Assembly (NCBI GenBank): GCA_027491435.1
Contig: JAOZFG010000035.1
Coordinates: 64,001-128,000 of the forward strand
Direction of reading: 5' to 3'
Origin: Thermoproteota archaeon
GTDB taxonomy: Archaea; Korarchaeota; Korarchaeia; Korarchaeales; Korarchaeaceae
DNA: 64,000 bases
The first letter of the stretch is position 1, and each line of letters starts with the position of its first letter. Below the pieces are notes generated by a model. It ran no database searches, was not told where the DNA came from, and worked only from the letters and a program-made list of their open reading frames with translations. Positions 10,583 through 20,443 of this stretch are shown piece by piece. Position numbers and translations under genes: made by a program.

Positions 10583-11513
10583 CCTCTGTGGAAGGAAGGC
10601 CGTGATAAAGGACTTCAACGCTGGGATAGCTCTCTGTGAGAGGTGCTTGTTCGAGTCAGTCAAGGAGAGGGCATTCCGGGTCCTCAAGAGCGAGTTAAGG
10701 CCTGACGATAGGGTCATGGTGGCCCTCTCCGGGGGAAAGGACAGCTCCCTGGCCCTTTACCTGACTAAGATGTACGCTGACGATGTGGGATTGGAGGTAG
10801 TGGCCCTCACGGTGGATGAGGGCACCTTCTACAGGAAGGCCTCCATCCAGATAGCCAAGAAGCTGGCCAGCTCCCTGGGGGTTGAACACGTGGTCGTTAG
10901 CATGGAAGAAGTGCACGGAGTGTCAATAGAAGAACTCCACCACAAGCTACCTAAGGGACATAAGAGGAGCGCCTGCACCTACTGCGGCGTCCTGAGGAGG
11001 CAAACCATTAACGCCGCTGCCAGGGAACTGGGGGCTACAGCCGTGGTCACAGGCCACAACCTGGATGACGTGGTTCAGACTGGATTAATGAACCTGATGA
11101 GGGGCGACGTCAACGCTTTAGGTAAGCTCTTCGTGCACGAGAGGAGGATTGAGGTGGGCCTAATTCCCAGGGTGAAACCCCTCAAGAGAGTTTATGAGAG
11201 GGAAGTGGCCGCCCTGGTTTTGGCCTTAAGGATACCCGCCCACCTGGGCAAGTGTCCCTACACGCAGGGCATGAGGATAGGGATAAGGAAGTCCGTAGAC
11301 GAGTTGGAGGAGGAGTTCCCCGGATCTAAGCTCAGGGCTTTAGAGATACTGGAGGCCATGGCCAGGTCATATAAGGAGGAGGTGAAGCTCAGGAAGTGTG
11401 AGGTCTGTGGAGAGCCAACCACCTCGAGGCTTTGTAAGGCCTGTCAGATGAAAAAAGAGTTGTCGGAGGTACTCAACAGGACCCTTCTTAAGCCCTTAGA
11501 GCTTAGACTCTGA
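10569..11513 (+). CDS. ttuA: tRNA 2-thiolation enzyme, TtuA/Ncs6 family
   Basis: N- and C-terminal Zn fingers, SGGKDS PP-loop, CTYC, GHNLDD and CPY. Confidence 0.9.
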   Translation: MRACDLCGRKAVIKDFNAGIALCERCLFESVKERAFRVLKSELRPDDRVMVALSGGKDSSLALYLTKMYADDVGLEVVALTVDEGTFYRKASIQIAKKLASSLGVEHVVVSMEEVHGVSIEELHHKLPKGHKRSACTYCGVLRRQTINAAARELGATAVVTGHNLDDVVQTGLMNLMRGDVNALGKLFVHERRIEVGLIPRVKPLKRVYEREVAALVLALRIPAHLGKCPYTQGMRIGIRKSVDELEEEFPGSKLRALEILEAMARSYKEEVKLRKCEVCGEPTTSRLCKACQMKKELSEVLNRTLLKPLELRL

Positions 11514-12807
11514 AGGGTTTGAGGTCAGATGCCTTGGGCACGTACCTCAGGGCCTTGGAAGTTGGCCTAAGCCCGTACTCTAGGGCCCTGTCAGAGAGGT
11601 TGAGCACCAAAGGCATGACGTCCCTTCCCTTAAGGTGGCCTAGGGCACCCAGGATCACGCTCATCTCGTCGAAGTTAGGTACGTCGTCCCTCCTCAACCC
11701 CTTACCGTAGAAGAGTATGGGCACAGGATCGCCTGTGTGCTTGCCCAGCTCTGAGGGGGTGGAGTGGTCTCCCGTCACCACTATCAGAAGATCCTCAGGC
11801 GGATCCACTAGCCTCTCTAACGCCAGGTCAACCCTCTCAATTACCCTCTTCTTGAGCTCAGGATCCCTCTTGTGGGAAGCTGTGTCAGTGCCCTTCACGT
11901 GAACGAACACGAAGTCATACTCTTCGAGCAGGTCTATGGCTTTACTCACCTTGGCGTCGAAGTCGGAGTCTGGAAGTCCAGTAGCTCCGGGAGGGTGGTA
12001 GACGTCAAAGCCTAAGGCCCTGGCGACGCCTTTATACAGGGGGCCTGCAGCCACTGCCGCTGGCCTGAATCCCCACCTGTCTTGAAAGCTCTCCAGGGAG
12101 ACTTTCGAGCTTCCCCCCCTTGGTAGGACTATGTTGGCGGGGGGCTTCCCCTCTGACTCCCTCCTCCTGTTAACTTCGTGATCCTTCAGCCTCATGTAGG
12201 CCTCCCTGAGGAACTCCGAGAGCGCCTTAGCCGTCTTCTCAGCCCTGCTGACCAAAGGTTGGGGCTCTATTACTGGATAACCTACCTCGTGAGGGTCAGC
12301 GTCCGTTACCTCCGGGTGAAGCCCCTCACCCCTGAGCACTAGAAAGCCCCTGTGCTCTAAGGTGTGCCTGAACTCCGCCTTCACCTCCCCGTTGAGCAGG
12401 TCCATCTCCTCTATCTCTTTAGCCAGCTCCTCAGCGTCCTCGCCCGAGATCCTGCCGGCTCTCCTGTCGATCACCACTAATTTCCCGTTGACCTGTTTAA
12501 CCGTGGCGAAGTTGGCCCTAAAAGCCACGCCCTGGCCCAGATCTACGCCCTCACCCAGGGCCTCTAACACACCCCTCCCCGGGTACTCCCTCACAACGTC
12601 GTATCCGAAGATGGACAAGTGTCCCGTGTCGCTACCAGGGGGTACGCCCACGTCGACTGGGTGTAGCAACCCGGTCAATCCCTTGGAGGCCATGAGATCT
12701 AGGGAGGGGATCTCGGCCGCTTGGAGGGGAGTAAGCCAACCTAACCCCCTACACGGCCTGTCGCCCAAGCCGTCTAGTATTAGCATCAAGACTTTCCGCA
12801 TAGACAA
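11503..12807 (-). CDS. apgM: 2,3-bisphosphoglycerate-independent phosphoglycerate mutase, archaeal type
   Basis: LDGLGD, PGSDTGH, HVKGTDTASH, TGDHSTP and HTGDPVP. Confidence 0.93.
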   Translation of the reverse strand: MSMRKVLMLILDGLGDRPCRGLGWLTPLQAAEIPSLDLMASKGLTGLLHPVDVGVPPGSDTGHLSIFGYDVVREYPGRGVLEALGEGVDLGQGVAFRANFATVKQVNGKLVVIDRRAGRISGEDAEELAKEIEEMDLLNGEVKAEFRHTLEHRGFLVLRGEGLHPEVTDADPHEVGYPVIEPQPLVSRAEKTAKALSEFLREAYMRLKDHEVNRRRESEGKPPANIVLPRGGSSKVSLESFQDRWGFRPAAVAAGPLYKGVARALGFDVYHPPGATGLPDSDFDAKVSKAIDLLEEYDFVFVHVKGTDTASHKRDPELKKRVIERVDLALERLVDPPEDLLIVVTGDHSTPSELGKHTGDPVPILFYGKGLRRDDVPNFDEMSVILGALGHLKGRDVMPLVLNLSDRALEYGLRPTSKALRYVPKASDLKPFRV

Positions 12808-12862
12808 GTGTCCGGGTTATCTATTAAAAAGGAGTGGGGTGTCTTAAACTGAGGTCCCGACG

Positions 12863-13633
12863 ATGGTATGGATGAGGAGAGTGGACTACACTGACCCCTC
12901 TGAGGCTAAAGCTAAGGTGGCCATAGCTGGCTTTCCTGGTATAGCCAACGTGGGAGAGCAGGTGATAACTTACCTGATCAAGGAGCTGAACGCCACGCTC
13001 GTCTCTAAAATCTACTCGGAGCACCTCATATTCCCCGGGAACATGGTGGGAATCTCCGTATCCAGTGACGGGAGCTTCTCAATACCGGCAGTGTCAGTAT
13101 TCAAGATCCCGGACAGCGAGCTAGTTATCGTCACCAGTGACGTTCAGCCAGTCATATGGGGAGGGATGGAGGTAGCGGCTGAAGTGTTCAAAGTTTTAAA
13201 GCAGATGGGCGTCGACAGGGTGGTAATAATCACAGGTTTCGTAGATGAGAGTTTGGCAGGCCAGGTGCTGGTCACGGGGGAGGATGAGGACCTGGTGAAG
13301 TCCTTCCTGGAGAATGGAGCCATAGAGAAGCCTGTCATAAAGTCCATCATAGGTTTAGCTGGCGTGATGATGACCTTGGCTAAGTTGGAGGGGGTTAAGG
13401 TTACCTCCCTAACGGGGGTCTCCCAGGATTACTCGCCCGATCCCAGGGCTGCTAGGGAAGTCCTTAAGGTGTTGGACGGGGCCTTCAACCTTAAGATAAA
13501 CTTTGAGCAGATAGATAAGCAGATTGAGGAGTTAGAGAAGGTTAGGAAGGAGATACTTGCGGAGATAGAGAGGAGGCTTAAAGAGCAAATGCAAGCTGGT
13601 GGTCCCGATGAGTCCTCGGAGTACGTCGGGTGA
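12863..13633 (+). CDS. PAC2-family proteasome assembly chaperone homolog
   Basis: AGFPGIANVG, IGLAGV and PDPRAA motifs. Confidence 0.88.
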   Translation: MVWMRRVDYTDPSEAKAKVAIAGFPGIANVGEQVITYLIKELNATLVSKIYSEHLIFPGNMVGISVSSDGSFSIPAVSVFKIPDSELVIVTSDVQPVIWGGMEVAAEVFKVLKQMGVDRVVIITGFVDESLAGQVLVTGEDEDLVKSFLENGAIEKPVIKSIIGLAGVMMTLAKLEGVKVTSLTGVSQDYSPDPRAAREVLKVLDGAFNLKINFEQIDKQIEELEKVRKEILAEIERRLKEQMQAGGPDESSEYVG

Positions 13634-13643
13634 AGAGCCTCCG

Positions 13644-13988
13644 ATGAGGAGGCTGAGGGAGAAGCTCACTAAAGAGAACATGTGGCTGTACGTCCTGTCA
13701 ATCCTCAGGGAGAGGCCCGCCTACCCCTACGAGATCTCTGACATAATAGAGAGGAAGTTCGGCTGGAGGCCAGCCAGGGTAACCGCCTACATAGTGCTTA
13801 GATCCCTCCTATCCAGGGGGTACGTAAAGATGGTTAAAAAAAGAGGGAAAACTGGTAAAATGAGGAATTATTATGAAATAACTGATTCTGGAAGGAAGCT
13901 CTTCGAGAAAGGAATAAAGTTCCTAGAGGAGACCAGGGAGAGGCTACTCAACCCCCCAGAGGACGGGCCTGATGAAGATCTGGTTTGA
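13644..13988 (+). CDS. PadR-family transcriptional regulator
   Basis: LYVLSIL...YPYEI...Y..L..L...GYV...RNYYEITDSGR wHTH pattern. ATG 13644 follows GGTGA. Confidence 0.88.
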   Translation: MRRLREKLTKENMWLYVLSILRERPAYPYEISDIIERKFGWRPARVTAYIVLRSLLSRGYVKMVKKRGKTGKMRNYYEITDSGRKLFEKGIKFLEETRERLLNPPEDGPDEDLV

Positions 13989-14982
13989 CGTGATAACTCC
14001 TAAACAAGCGAGGCTAATGGCTTCTATAGCTCGTTACCTAGAGGAGAGGGGCTACGAGACCCTGATAACCAGCAAAGGGTATAGGGAGACGAGATGGGTT
14101 CTGAACTCGTTAGGAGTCAGGTACAGGGAGGTGGGAGCCTATGGGGAGGACTTGGTGAGTAAGTTAATCAATTACGCGGATAGGGTTAGAGAGCTGGCTT
14201 TGATAGTCCACAAGGAGGCTCCAGACTACCTGGTGTCCTTCTCCTCACCGGAGGCCACTAGAGTTGCTTTCGGTCTCGGTATCAAGGTTATAAACATGAA
14301 CGACACGCCTCACGCTGTTCACGTGGCCAAGCTGACCTTCCCCCTGACCTGGAGGCTGGTCTTCTCCAAAGCCATACCTGAGGAGCTCTTGCTCTCTTTA
14401 GGGGCGTCAAAAGAGTCTTTAGTTCCCTACGACGGAGTTGACGAGCTAGCCTGGCTTAAGGAGGTTGAGATTAAGGAGGAGAGGTTTGACGAGTTCACCG
14501 TGTTCGTCAGGATGGAGGAAAGCAAGGCCTCCTACCTCCTACACCTACAGGGTAGCCCTAACATCAGGGTTATAGAGAGGTTGGCTGAGCTAGGGGTTAG
14601 GGTCTTGGCTATGCCCAGGTACGAGAGCCAAGCAGAATTCCTGAAGGGCCTTGACGTTGAGGTTCTCAGCCCAGGAGACACCGTGAAGCTCTTTCAGAAG
14701 GTCCACGTGGTGATCACCGGCGGTGGCACTATGGCGAGGGAGGCTGCCCTGCTGGGCACGCCTGCAATATCTACCTTCCCCCTCGACGTCCCGCTCTACG
14801 TTAACGTCTACCTCAGGGAAAGGGGGCTACCAGTCTGGAGGATAAGGTCTCCGGATGATGTGGTCAAGAAGGTCCTCGAACTTAAGGACAACTATCGAGA
14901 TTATAGGGAAGTGGCCGCTAGGGTCAGGGAGGAGATGGAAGATCCTAGGGAGGTAATCTGCAGGTTGCTGGAGGGGGTTTAG
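13972..14982 (+). CDS. DUF354 family glycosyltransferase-like protein
   Basis: MKIWFDVITPKQ, SPEATRVAFGLG and GGGTMAREAALLGTP. Confidence 0.88.
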   Translation: MKIWFDVITPKQARLMASIARYLEERGYETLITSKGYRETRWVLNSLGVRYREVGAYGEDLVSKLINYADRVRELALIVHKEAPDYLVSFSSPEATRVAFGLGIKVINMNDTPHAVHVAKLTFPLTWRLVFSKAIPEELLLSLGASKESLVPYDGVDELAWLKEVEIKEERFDEFTVFVRMEESKASYLLHLQGSPNIRVIERLAELGVRVLAMPRYESQAEFLKGLDVEVLSPGDTVKLFQKVHVVITGGGTMAREAALLGTPAISTFPLDVPLYVNVYLRERGLPVWRIRSPDDVVKKVLELKDNYRDYREVAARVREEMEDPREVICRLLEGV

Positions 14983-15222
14983 ATGGACGCTTACTTCGGA
15001 TGCGGTGATTGGGAAGGTATCAGGATAGAGGAGGGTGAGGACTTCTCCTCCCTGGTGAGTAAGCTTCTTAGGGCCGACAGGCTGATAGTGGACACTGACT
15101 GCGACAGCCCTGACGCCTCCTTAATCGCTTACGTGGCGAGGCTCCTCGACCTCAAGGTTTACTGGGTTGGGAAGAGGGGGCCCAGGGGGCAGCTCAGGAG
15201 GTTGGTGACCGGGAGGCTGTGA
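14983..15222 (+). CDS. Hypothetical protein
   Basis: Abuts the DUF354 gene with a GGGGG RBS and typical codon use. Confidence 0.6.
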   Translation: MDAYFGCGDWEGIRIEEGEDFSSLVSKLLRADRLIVDTDCDSPDASLIAYVARLLDLKVYWVGKRGPRGQLRRLVTGRL

Positions 15223-16525
15223 GCCTGTACTTCCTGGAGATTCCCTCGGCTGCCGACGCCACCGGGTCCACGACATCTATTATCTCGGGCTGATAGGCGA
15301 ACTCCATAAGCCTGATATCCTGCACCCTGAAGCCTGCGTATATAGCTGCGGTCAGGAAAGTTAGGTGTTGCCTTATCCTCCTGCCGAAAAGCTGTGCCCC
15401 TATTAGCCTGCCATCAGGCGTGGTGACCAGCCACACGAGGACCCTCCTCTTCTCAGGCATGTACCTGGGGAGGTCGAATCCGGAGAACCTGAAGGACAGG
15501 TAATTCATTCCCAGCCTGCTAGCCTGTGTGGCGGATATCCCAACACCTCCGAAGGAGAACTCCCCCACCTTTACCACGTAAGGGGATAGGGCCCCCTTGT
15601 ACTTAACCACCTTACCGATCACGTTCTCCCCAGCTATCCTGCCCTGAACCAGGGCAGTGGAAGCTAACCCCGTTGTTGTAAGTCTTCCAGTCACGAAGTC
15701 CCTCACCTCAGCTACGTCTCCAGCTGCTAGGACGTGCTCCGTGGAGTAGAGGTATTCGTCCACCTTTACACCGGACTCCCCGAGGGGAAGGCCCGACCTT
15801 CTAGCCAGATCCACGTTCGGCTTGGCTCCGGTCACCACTATGGCTGTTTCCGCCTCAATGGCACCTCTGTTGGTGATCACCTCCTTAAGCTTGCCCCCCT
15901 CGCCTTTCAGCTCCTGAAGGGCAGTCTTCAGGGAAACGTTGACTCCCATATCCTTGAGGTGCTTCGCCACAGTGGAGGCTATGGGCGGATCCACCTTCCC
16001 TGGCATGAGCTGTTCCATCATCTCTATCAGGGTCACGTCCCTCCCGGTGGAGGCCAGCTCAGCGGCCACCTCTATTCCGGTGGCGCTACCTCCAACTACT
16101 ACTACCTTATTGCCCAGAACCTTGAGCAGGGATTCCACCGATTCGACGTCCCACACCGTGCCTACTCCCTCCAGGTGAAGGCCTTCAACGGGAGGAAAGG
16201 TGGGCTTAAGCCCAGTGGCCAGTATCAGCTTGTCGTAAGGCAAGGAATCGGTGGAGCCGTCCCTCTCGAAGATCACCTCTTTAGCTTCCCGATTGATCAG
16301 CTTGGCCGTAGCGCCAGTTAGCACCCTGACTTTACCCTTGGGGACCTTCTCTATCACGTCCTCCAGCCTCAACTTCCCACCTAAGACGGCGGGAAGCGAG
16401 CACGGATGGTAAGCCACGTAGCTATGTTTCTCCAGGACGGTAACCTGGGAATCAGGGCTGACCTTCTTCACGACGGCCGCGGCAGTCTGGCCGGCGGTTC
16501 CGTGCCCTACAACGACCACGTCCAT
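15194..16525 (-). CDS. FAD-dependent NAD(P)H oxidase / CoA-disulfide reductase family
   Basis: GHGTAG, single redox Cys (YHPCSLP), ATG, GGSATGIE, AAGD and a C-terminal dimerisation domain (FAYQP). Confidence 0.88.
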   Translation of the reverse strand: MDVVVVGHGTAGQTAAAVVKKVSPDSQVTVLEKHSYVAYHPCSLPAVLGGKLRLEDVIEKVPKGKVRVLTGATAKLINREAKEVIFERDGSTDSLPYDKLILATGLKPTFPPVEGLHLEGVGTVWDVESVESLLKVLGNKVVVVGGSATGIEVAAELASTGRDVTLIEMMEQLMPGKVDPPIASTVAKHLKDMGVNVSLKTALQELKGEGGKLKEVITNRGAIEAETAIVVTGAKPNVDLARRSGLPLGESGVKVDEYLYSTEHVLAAGDVAEVRDFVTGRLTTTGLASTALVQGRIAGENVIGKVVKYKGALSPYVVKVGEFSFGGVGISATQASRLGMNYLSFRFSGFDLPRYMPEKRRVLVWLVTTPDGRLIGAQLFGRRIRQHLTFLTAAIYAGFRVQDIRLMEFAYQPEIIDVVDPVASAAEGISRKYRLTASRSPTS

Positions 16526-16584
16526 ATGTATTCCAGATGGAACGATTTAAAATGCCTGCCCCTCTCTATACTGGGGAGATGTGA

Positions 16585-17352
16585 TTGGCGTTTACCAAGC
16601 TCGTAGAATTAAAAAGGGTGGAGATGAGAAACCCCCTGCTAATCCAAGGGGTGCCTGGACTGGGGCTGGTGGGAAAAATTGCGGTTAGCTTCCTAATAGA
16701 CAAGATGCACGCCGAGAAAGTGGTGGAGATCTACAGCGATTACCTCACCTTGCCTGAAGGCTCCCCCGGCGTCAAACTTGAAGAGGATGGGATAAAGCCC
16801 ATCACCTATGACATATACTGGACCAGGGGAAACGGAAGGGACCTCCTCCTTCTCACCTCAGAGGTCCAGCCCCTCACGATAGGCCAGTATGCTATAGCCA
16901 ACCTGGTGCTCGATTACGCCGTGGAGAAGGGGGTTGATACCGTGATAACCCTTGGAGGCTACGTCCCCGGAAGCCCGGACGTTAAGGGAGTTTTCGCCTG
17001 CACTAACGACAAGGAGTTCATGGAAGAGCTGAAGGCCCATGGGGTTAACCCGCTAAGCGGGGGGTACGTCACAGGAGCAGCTGGCCTGCTGGTGGGCCTA
17101 GCTGAGCTACGCGGTTTGAAGAGCGCGTGCCTCTTAGGAACCACAGAGGGAACTTTTCCGGACCCTAGAGCCTCTAAAATGGTTCTTGAGGTGATTAAAT
17201 CGTTATACAGAGTTAAAGTCGATTTGCAGGAGCTGGAGGTAGAGGCAGAGCTCGCTGAGAGGATATTGACCAAGGAGCTGGAGGAGAGGAGAGCTCCTCC
17301 GGAGTTCAAGACTGAGGGGCCTGAGGAAAGGGGGTTACCCTACCACCTGTGA
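16585..17352 (+). CDS. PAC2-family proteasome assembly chaperone homolog (second paralog)
   Basis: QGVPGLGLVGKIA, TLGGY, GAAGLL and PDPRAS. Confidence 0.9.
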   Translation: MAFTKLVELKRVEMRNPLLIQGVPGLGLVGKIAVSFLIDKMHAEKVVEIYSDYLTLPEGSPGVKLEEDGIKPITYDIYWTRGNGRDLLLLTSEVQPLTIGQYAIANLVLDYAVEKGVDTVITLGGYVPGSPDVKGVFACTNDKEFMEELKAHGVNPLSGGYVTGAAGLLVGLAELRGLKSACLLGTTEGTFPDPRASKMVLEVIKSLYRVKVDLQELEVEAELAERILTKELEERRAPPEFKTEGPEERGLPYHL

Positions 17353-17361
17353 GGTGGGACA

Positions 17362-18360
17362 ATGCCTAGGGATGACGAAATCCCGGTTTATACCCCCGAG
17401 CTCCCGCCTTACAGGCCCCCCAAGGTAGGAGGATGGATCATAGCTATCGGAGTTCTGGTGATAGTGGTTATATTCCTCCTATTCCTCAGCATTTACACGG
17501 TGGACCTGGGTTACGCAGCCGTCACCGTTGACCCGTTCACCAGCGAGGTGTCCAAGGTTCCAGTAGTGGGACCCAGGGTGGCGTTTAAGGCCCCCTGGCA
17601 GCAGGTGAAGAAAGTTTACATAGCTACCGATGCTATACACATGTGGACTGACATAAACGCTGCTAGGCTTGGGATAGGCTCCGCGGTGGGCGAGTACCCT
17701 GCTATAGAGGCCCTGACTCAGGACGGCCTCCAGGCTTGGGTCGACCTGACTGTTAGGTGGCACATCCTCCCCAGCGCCGTCCCCAAAATAGTCGAATCGT
17801 ATCCGGCCTTGGACTTTGAGGAGAAGCTGATAATACCTGAGATAAGGAAGATAGCCAGGGACATAGTCGCCAAGTACAAGGCGGCCATAATTCCGGAGAA
17901 GAGAACTGAGATAGGGGCTAAGATATTGGAGGCCCTTAAGGAGGTCCTTTCAAAGGACCCCTCAACTGGCGGGGGCATCATAATAGATGACGTATACGTG
18001 AGGAACATAAAGCTCCCTGACAAGTTCCTGCAGGCCATACAGGACAAGCTGACTTCTCAACAGAGGATGATAGCCGCTTTATACGAGAGGAACAGGACTA
18101 TAGTCTTGGCCAACGCCTCTGCCATGGCGAAGGTGTTAGAGGCCAAGGGAGAGGCCCTCTCAAGAATAATAATCGCTAACGGCACTGCGCAGTCGATAAG
18201 GCTGCTCATAGAAGTTGGTGGGAAGCCCGAGGACATAATACCGCTCATAATCTACCTGCAGGGGTTGAAGGAGATAGCGGCCAGCAACGCTACAATAGTC
18301 CTTACCACGGGAGGTCAACAGGTCCCCGTGATGCTTCCCATAAAGGGTGTTAAGGAATGA
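17362..18360 (+). CDS. SPFH/band-7 (prohibitin-like) membrane protein
   Basis: N-terminal TM, TQDGLQAWVDLTVRW, VRNIKLP and an Ala-rich coiled coil. Confidence 0.9.
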   Translation: MPRDDEIPVYTPELPPYRPPKVGGWIIAIGVLVIVVIFLLFLSIYTVDLGYAAVTVDPFTSEVSKVPVVGPRVAFKAPWQQVKKVYIATDAIHMWTDINAARLGIGSAVGEYPAIEALTQDGLQAWVDLTVRWHILPSAVPKIVESYPALDFEEKLIIPEIRKIARDIVAKYKAAIIPEKRTEIGAKILEALKEVLSKDPSTGGGIIIDDVYVRNIKLPDKFLQAIQDKLTSQQRMIAALYERNRTIVLANASAMAKVLEAKGEALSRIIIANGTAQSIRLLIEVGGKPEDIIPLIIYLQGLKEIAASNATIVLTTGGQQVPVMLPIKGVKE

Positions 18361-18770
18361 GGCGCCTGAAGGTAAAGGAAGTGATCGCAGTCAGGTTCGA
18401 GGAGGGTGAAGAGCTCTCAGAAAGCCTCTCAAAGCTTCTGGAGGAGGCAGACGTTAGGGCCGGCATCATATCTGGGATAGGAGGTTTCTCCAGCGGGGCC
18501 GTTGGTGTGTTCGATCCTGAGAGGGGAGGTTACAGGGAAGTAGAGTTCAACGAGTTCATGGAGGTGGCTAGCCTCAAGGGAAACGTCAGCGTTAAGGGTG
18601 GTAAGCCCTTCTACCACATACACGTGGTGTTAGGAAATGAAAGCAGGGTTCTGGCCGGACACTTCCTCAGGGGCAAGGTGCAGGGCACAATGGAGGTGTT
18701 CATAACCGTGCTTGACGGGGAGATCCAAAGGAGGGTGAAAAAAGGCCACCTGGTCCTCCTGGACCTCTAA
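18357..18770 (+). CDS. PPC/DUF296 domain protein
   Basis: GIGG, EVASLKGNV, HIHVVLG and AGH. Confidence 0.9.
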   Translation: MRRLKVKEVIAVRFEEGEELSESLSKLLEEADVRAGIISGIGGFSSGAVGVFDPERGGYREVEFNEFMEVASLKGNVSVKGGKPFYHIHVVLGNESRVLAGHFLRGKVQGTMEVFITVLDGEIQRRVKKGHLVLLDL

Positions 18771-19633
18771 GCCATGTTTTTTAGCGACTCCTCCAACCTC
18801 TTCACCAATTCTTCCAGTTGTTCCATAGCCCTGCTCACCGTTTTGTTGAACTTCTGGCAGTCAAGGGAGTGCAGACTTATGTCAAGCCTTAAGGGAGTTA
18901 TGGACACGGCCCTCTCCACCATCAAGGCGTAAAGGTCGGTCCCTCTCATGTTCTCAGTCACGGGAACCGGGTTTCCTCCAAGCCAGTAGTACGGCTTCCC
19001 CCTGGGATCTGACCTCTCCAGTACGTAGTTCTCGAACTTTATCTTGGCTAGTCTGGTCACCCTTACCGGGGTGTCGCCAGAAAGTTTGAAGGGGAAGTTC
19101 ACGTTGAGCAGGTCGACCCCTGGGGGGAGACCCCTCTCCAGCATCCACGAGCCTATCTCAGCCGCTAACTCCGCATGTTTCAAGAACTTGTCCATGGGCC
19201 TGGGGTCTATTCCAGAGGGTATCTCCACGCTAAAGGCCACTGACGTAAGACCGAGCAGGTAGCCTTGAAGGGCCGCCGCTATGGTACCGCTTGTGAATAT
19301 GTTGTCCAAAGTTATGTTGTCCCCGACGTTTATTCCCGACATGATCAGGTCTGGCTTGGCCTCCATTATGTACTTGACCGCCACGGTCACGGCATCCCCG
19401 GGGGTGCCGCTCACCGTGTAAGCTAGCCTGTAGCCGAATCTGCCCAGCTTCACGGGTATCCTCCTTATGCGAAGTGGCTTGTGTAGCGTTATCCCTTTAC
19501 CGGCAGCGCTCATCTCGTGCTCTGGGACTACGGCAAAAGTCTCACCTAGCTCCTTCTCCAGGACTTTGAACCAGAGAGCCTTGAACGGAGGGGCGTGGGC
19601 CCCGTCATCGTTTGTAAGCAATATGTGGTACAT
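18767..19633 (-). CDS. surE: 5'/3'-nucleotidase SurE
   Basis: ILLTNDDG, SGTPGD, SGINVG.N, SGTIAAA and LNVNFP. Confidence 0.95.
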   Translation of the reverse strand: MYHILLTNDDGAHAPPFKALWFKVLEKELGETFAVVPEHEMSAAGKGITLHKPLRIRRIPVKLGRFGYRLAYTVSGTPGDAVTVAVKYIMEAKPDLIMSGINVGDNITLDNIFTSGTIAAALQGYLLGLTSVAFSVEIPSGIDPRPMDKFLKHAELAAEIGSWMLERGLPPGVDLLNVNFPFKLSGDTPVRVTRLAKIKFENYVLERSDPRGKPYYWLGGNPVPVTENMRGTDLYALMVERAVSITPLRLDISLHSLDCQKFNKTVSRAMEQLEELVKRLEESLKNMA

Positions 19634-19669
19634 TCTCCCCCCTTAAAAATGAGAGGACGGGGCTTAAAA

Positions 19670-20374
19670 TCACTCCCTGAGGGATTTAACCACCCTCATC
19701 GCGTAATCCTCTTCCTGTTGCACCCCTATGGTTACGTCCTTGGTCTCCTCCTTACCGTTAAGCCTGACGGCAATCACGTTGTGAGGGACCGCGGACACCC
19801 CGTAGAGGTCAGCCAAGTCTGGGTTCTCGTAAGCCTCTACGCAGTCGGCTTCCACAACTCCCTTAAGCTCTATTGCAAACTTGTTGGCCAAGAGGACCTG
19901 ATGAGGGCAATAGGGACACGTGGGTGTAACGAAGATCATTATGTGGGCTTCCTTATCGGAGTTTGAGGCCATCTTCAGTATCTCCTTGGTCTTAAGGCCG
20001 AGCTGACTTTCGTCCCTGCTAACCAGTATTATTGTCTCCACGAAGGCCCAGGCCTCGTATCCTGTGGGGGCCCCGGTGTACCTTATCTTGTAGCCGGCAT
20101 CAGGGTCGATAAGGACTGTTGGAGTCCTGGACACGTTGTACTTCTCGATTATTTCGGGTTCCATCCTTATGTCGTAGACCTTAACCTTTATCTTGTCGGT
20201 AAGCTCGGAGAGTTCGTTTAACATTTGCTCAGTCCAGTTGGTGTACTCCTCATTGTGAGGCCCCTTTATCAGCACCAATTCCACGGTTCTAATCATCTCA
20301 GCGTCGAACCGGCTCTTCAGTTGGGCGGCTACCTCATCGTTTATTATCCTCTCCCCAGAGTGTACGTGTCCCAT
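19670..20374 (-). CDS. Protein disulfide oxidoreductase (two thioredoxin units; only the C-terminal CPYC retained)
   Basis: IRYTGAPTGYE linker, FVTPTCPYCP and cis-Pro loop VSAVP. Confidence 0.85.
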   Translation of the reverse strand: MGHVHSGERIINDEVAAQLKSRFDAEMIRTVELVLIKGPHNEEYTNWTEQMLNELSELTDKIKVKVYDIRMEPEIIEKYNVSRTPTVLIDPDAGYKIRYTGAPTGYEAWAFVETIILVSRDESQLGLKTKEILKMASNSDKEAHIMIFVTPTCPYCPHQVLLANKFAIELKGVVEADCVEAYENPDLADLYGVSAVPHNVIAVRLNGKEETKDVTIGVQQEEDYAMRVVKSLRE

Positions 20375-20443
20375 GATTCATCCCAATGGAACGGACTGAA
20401 GACCTATTTAAATTAGTATCACAATTTTACAATTCGATCAGTC

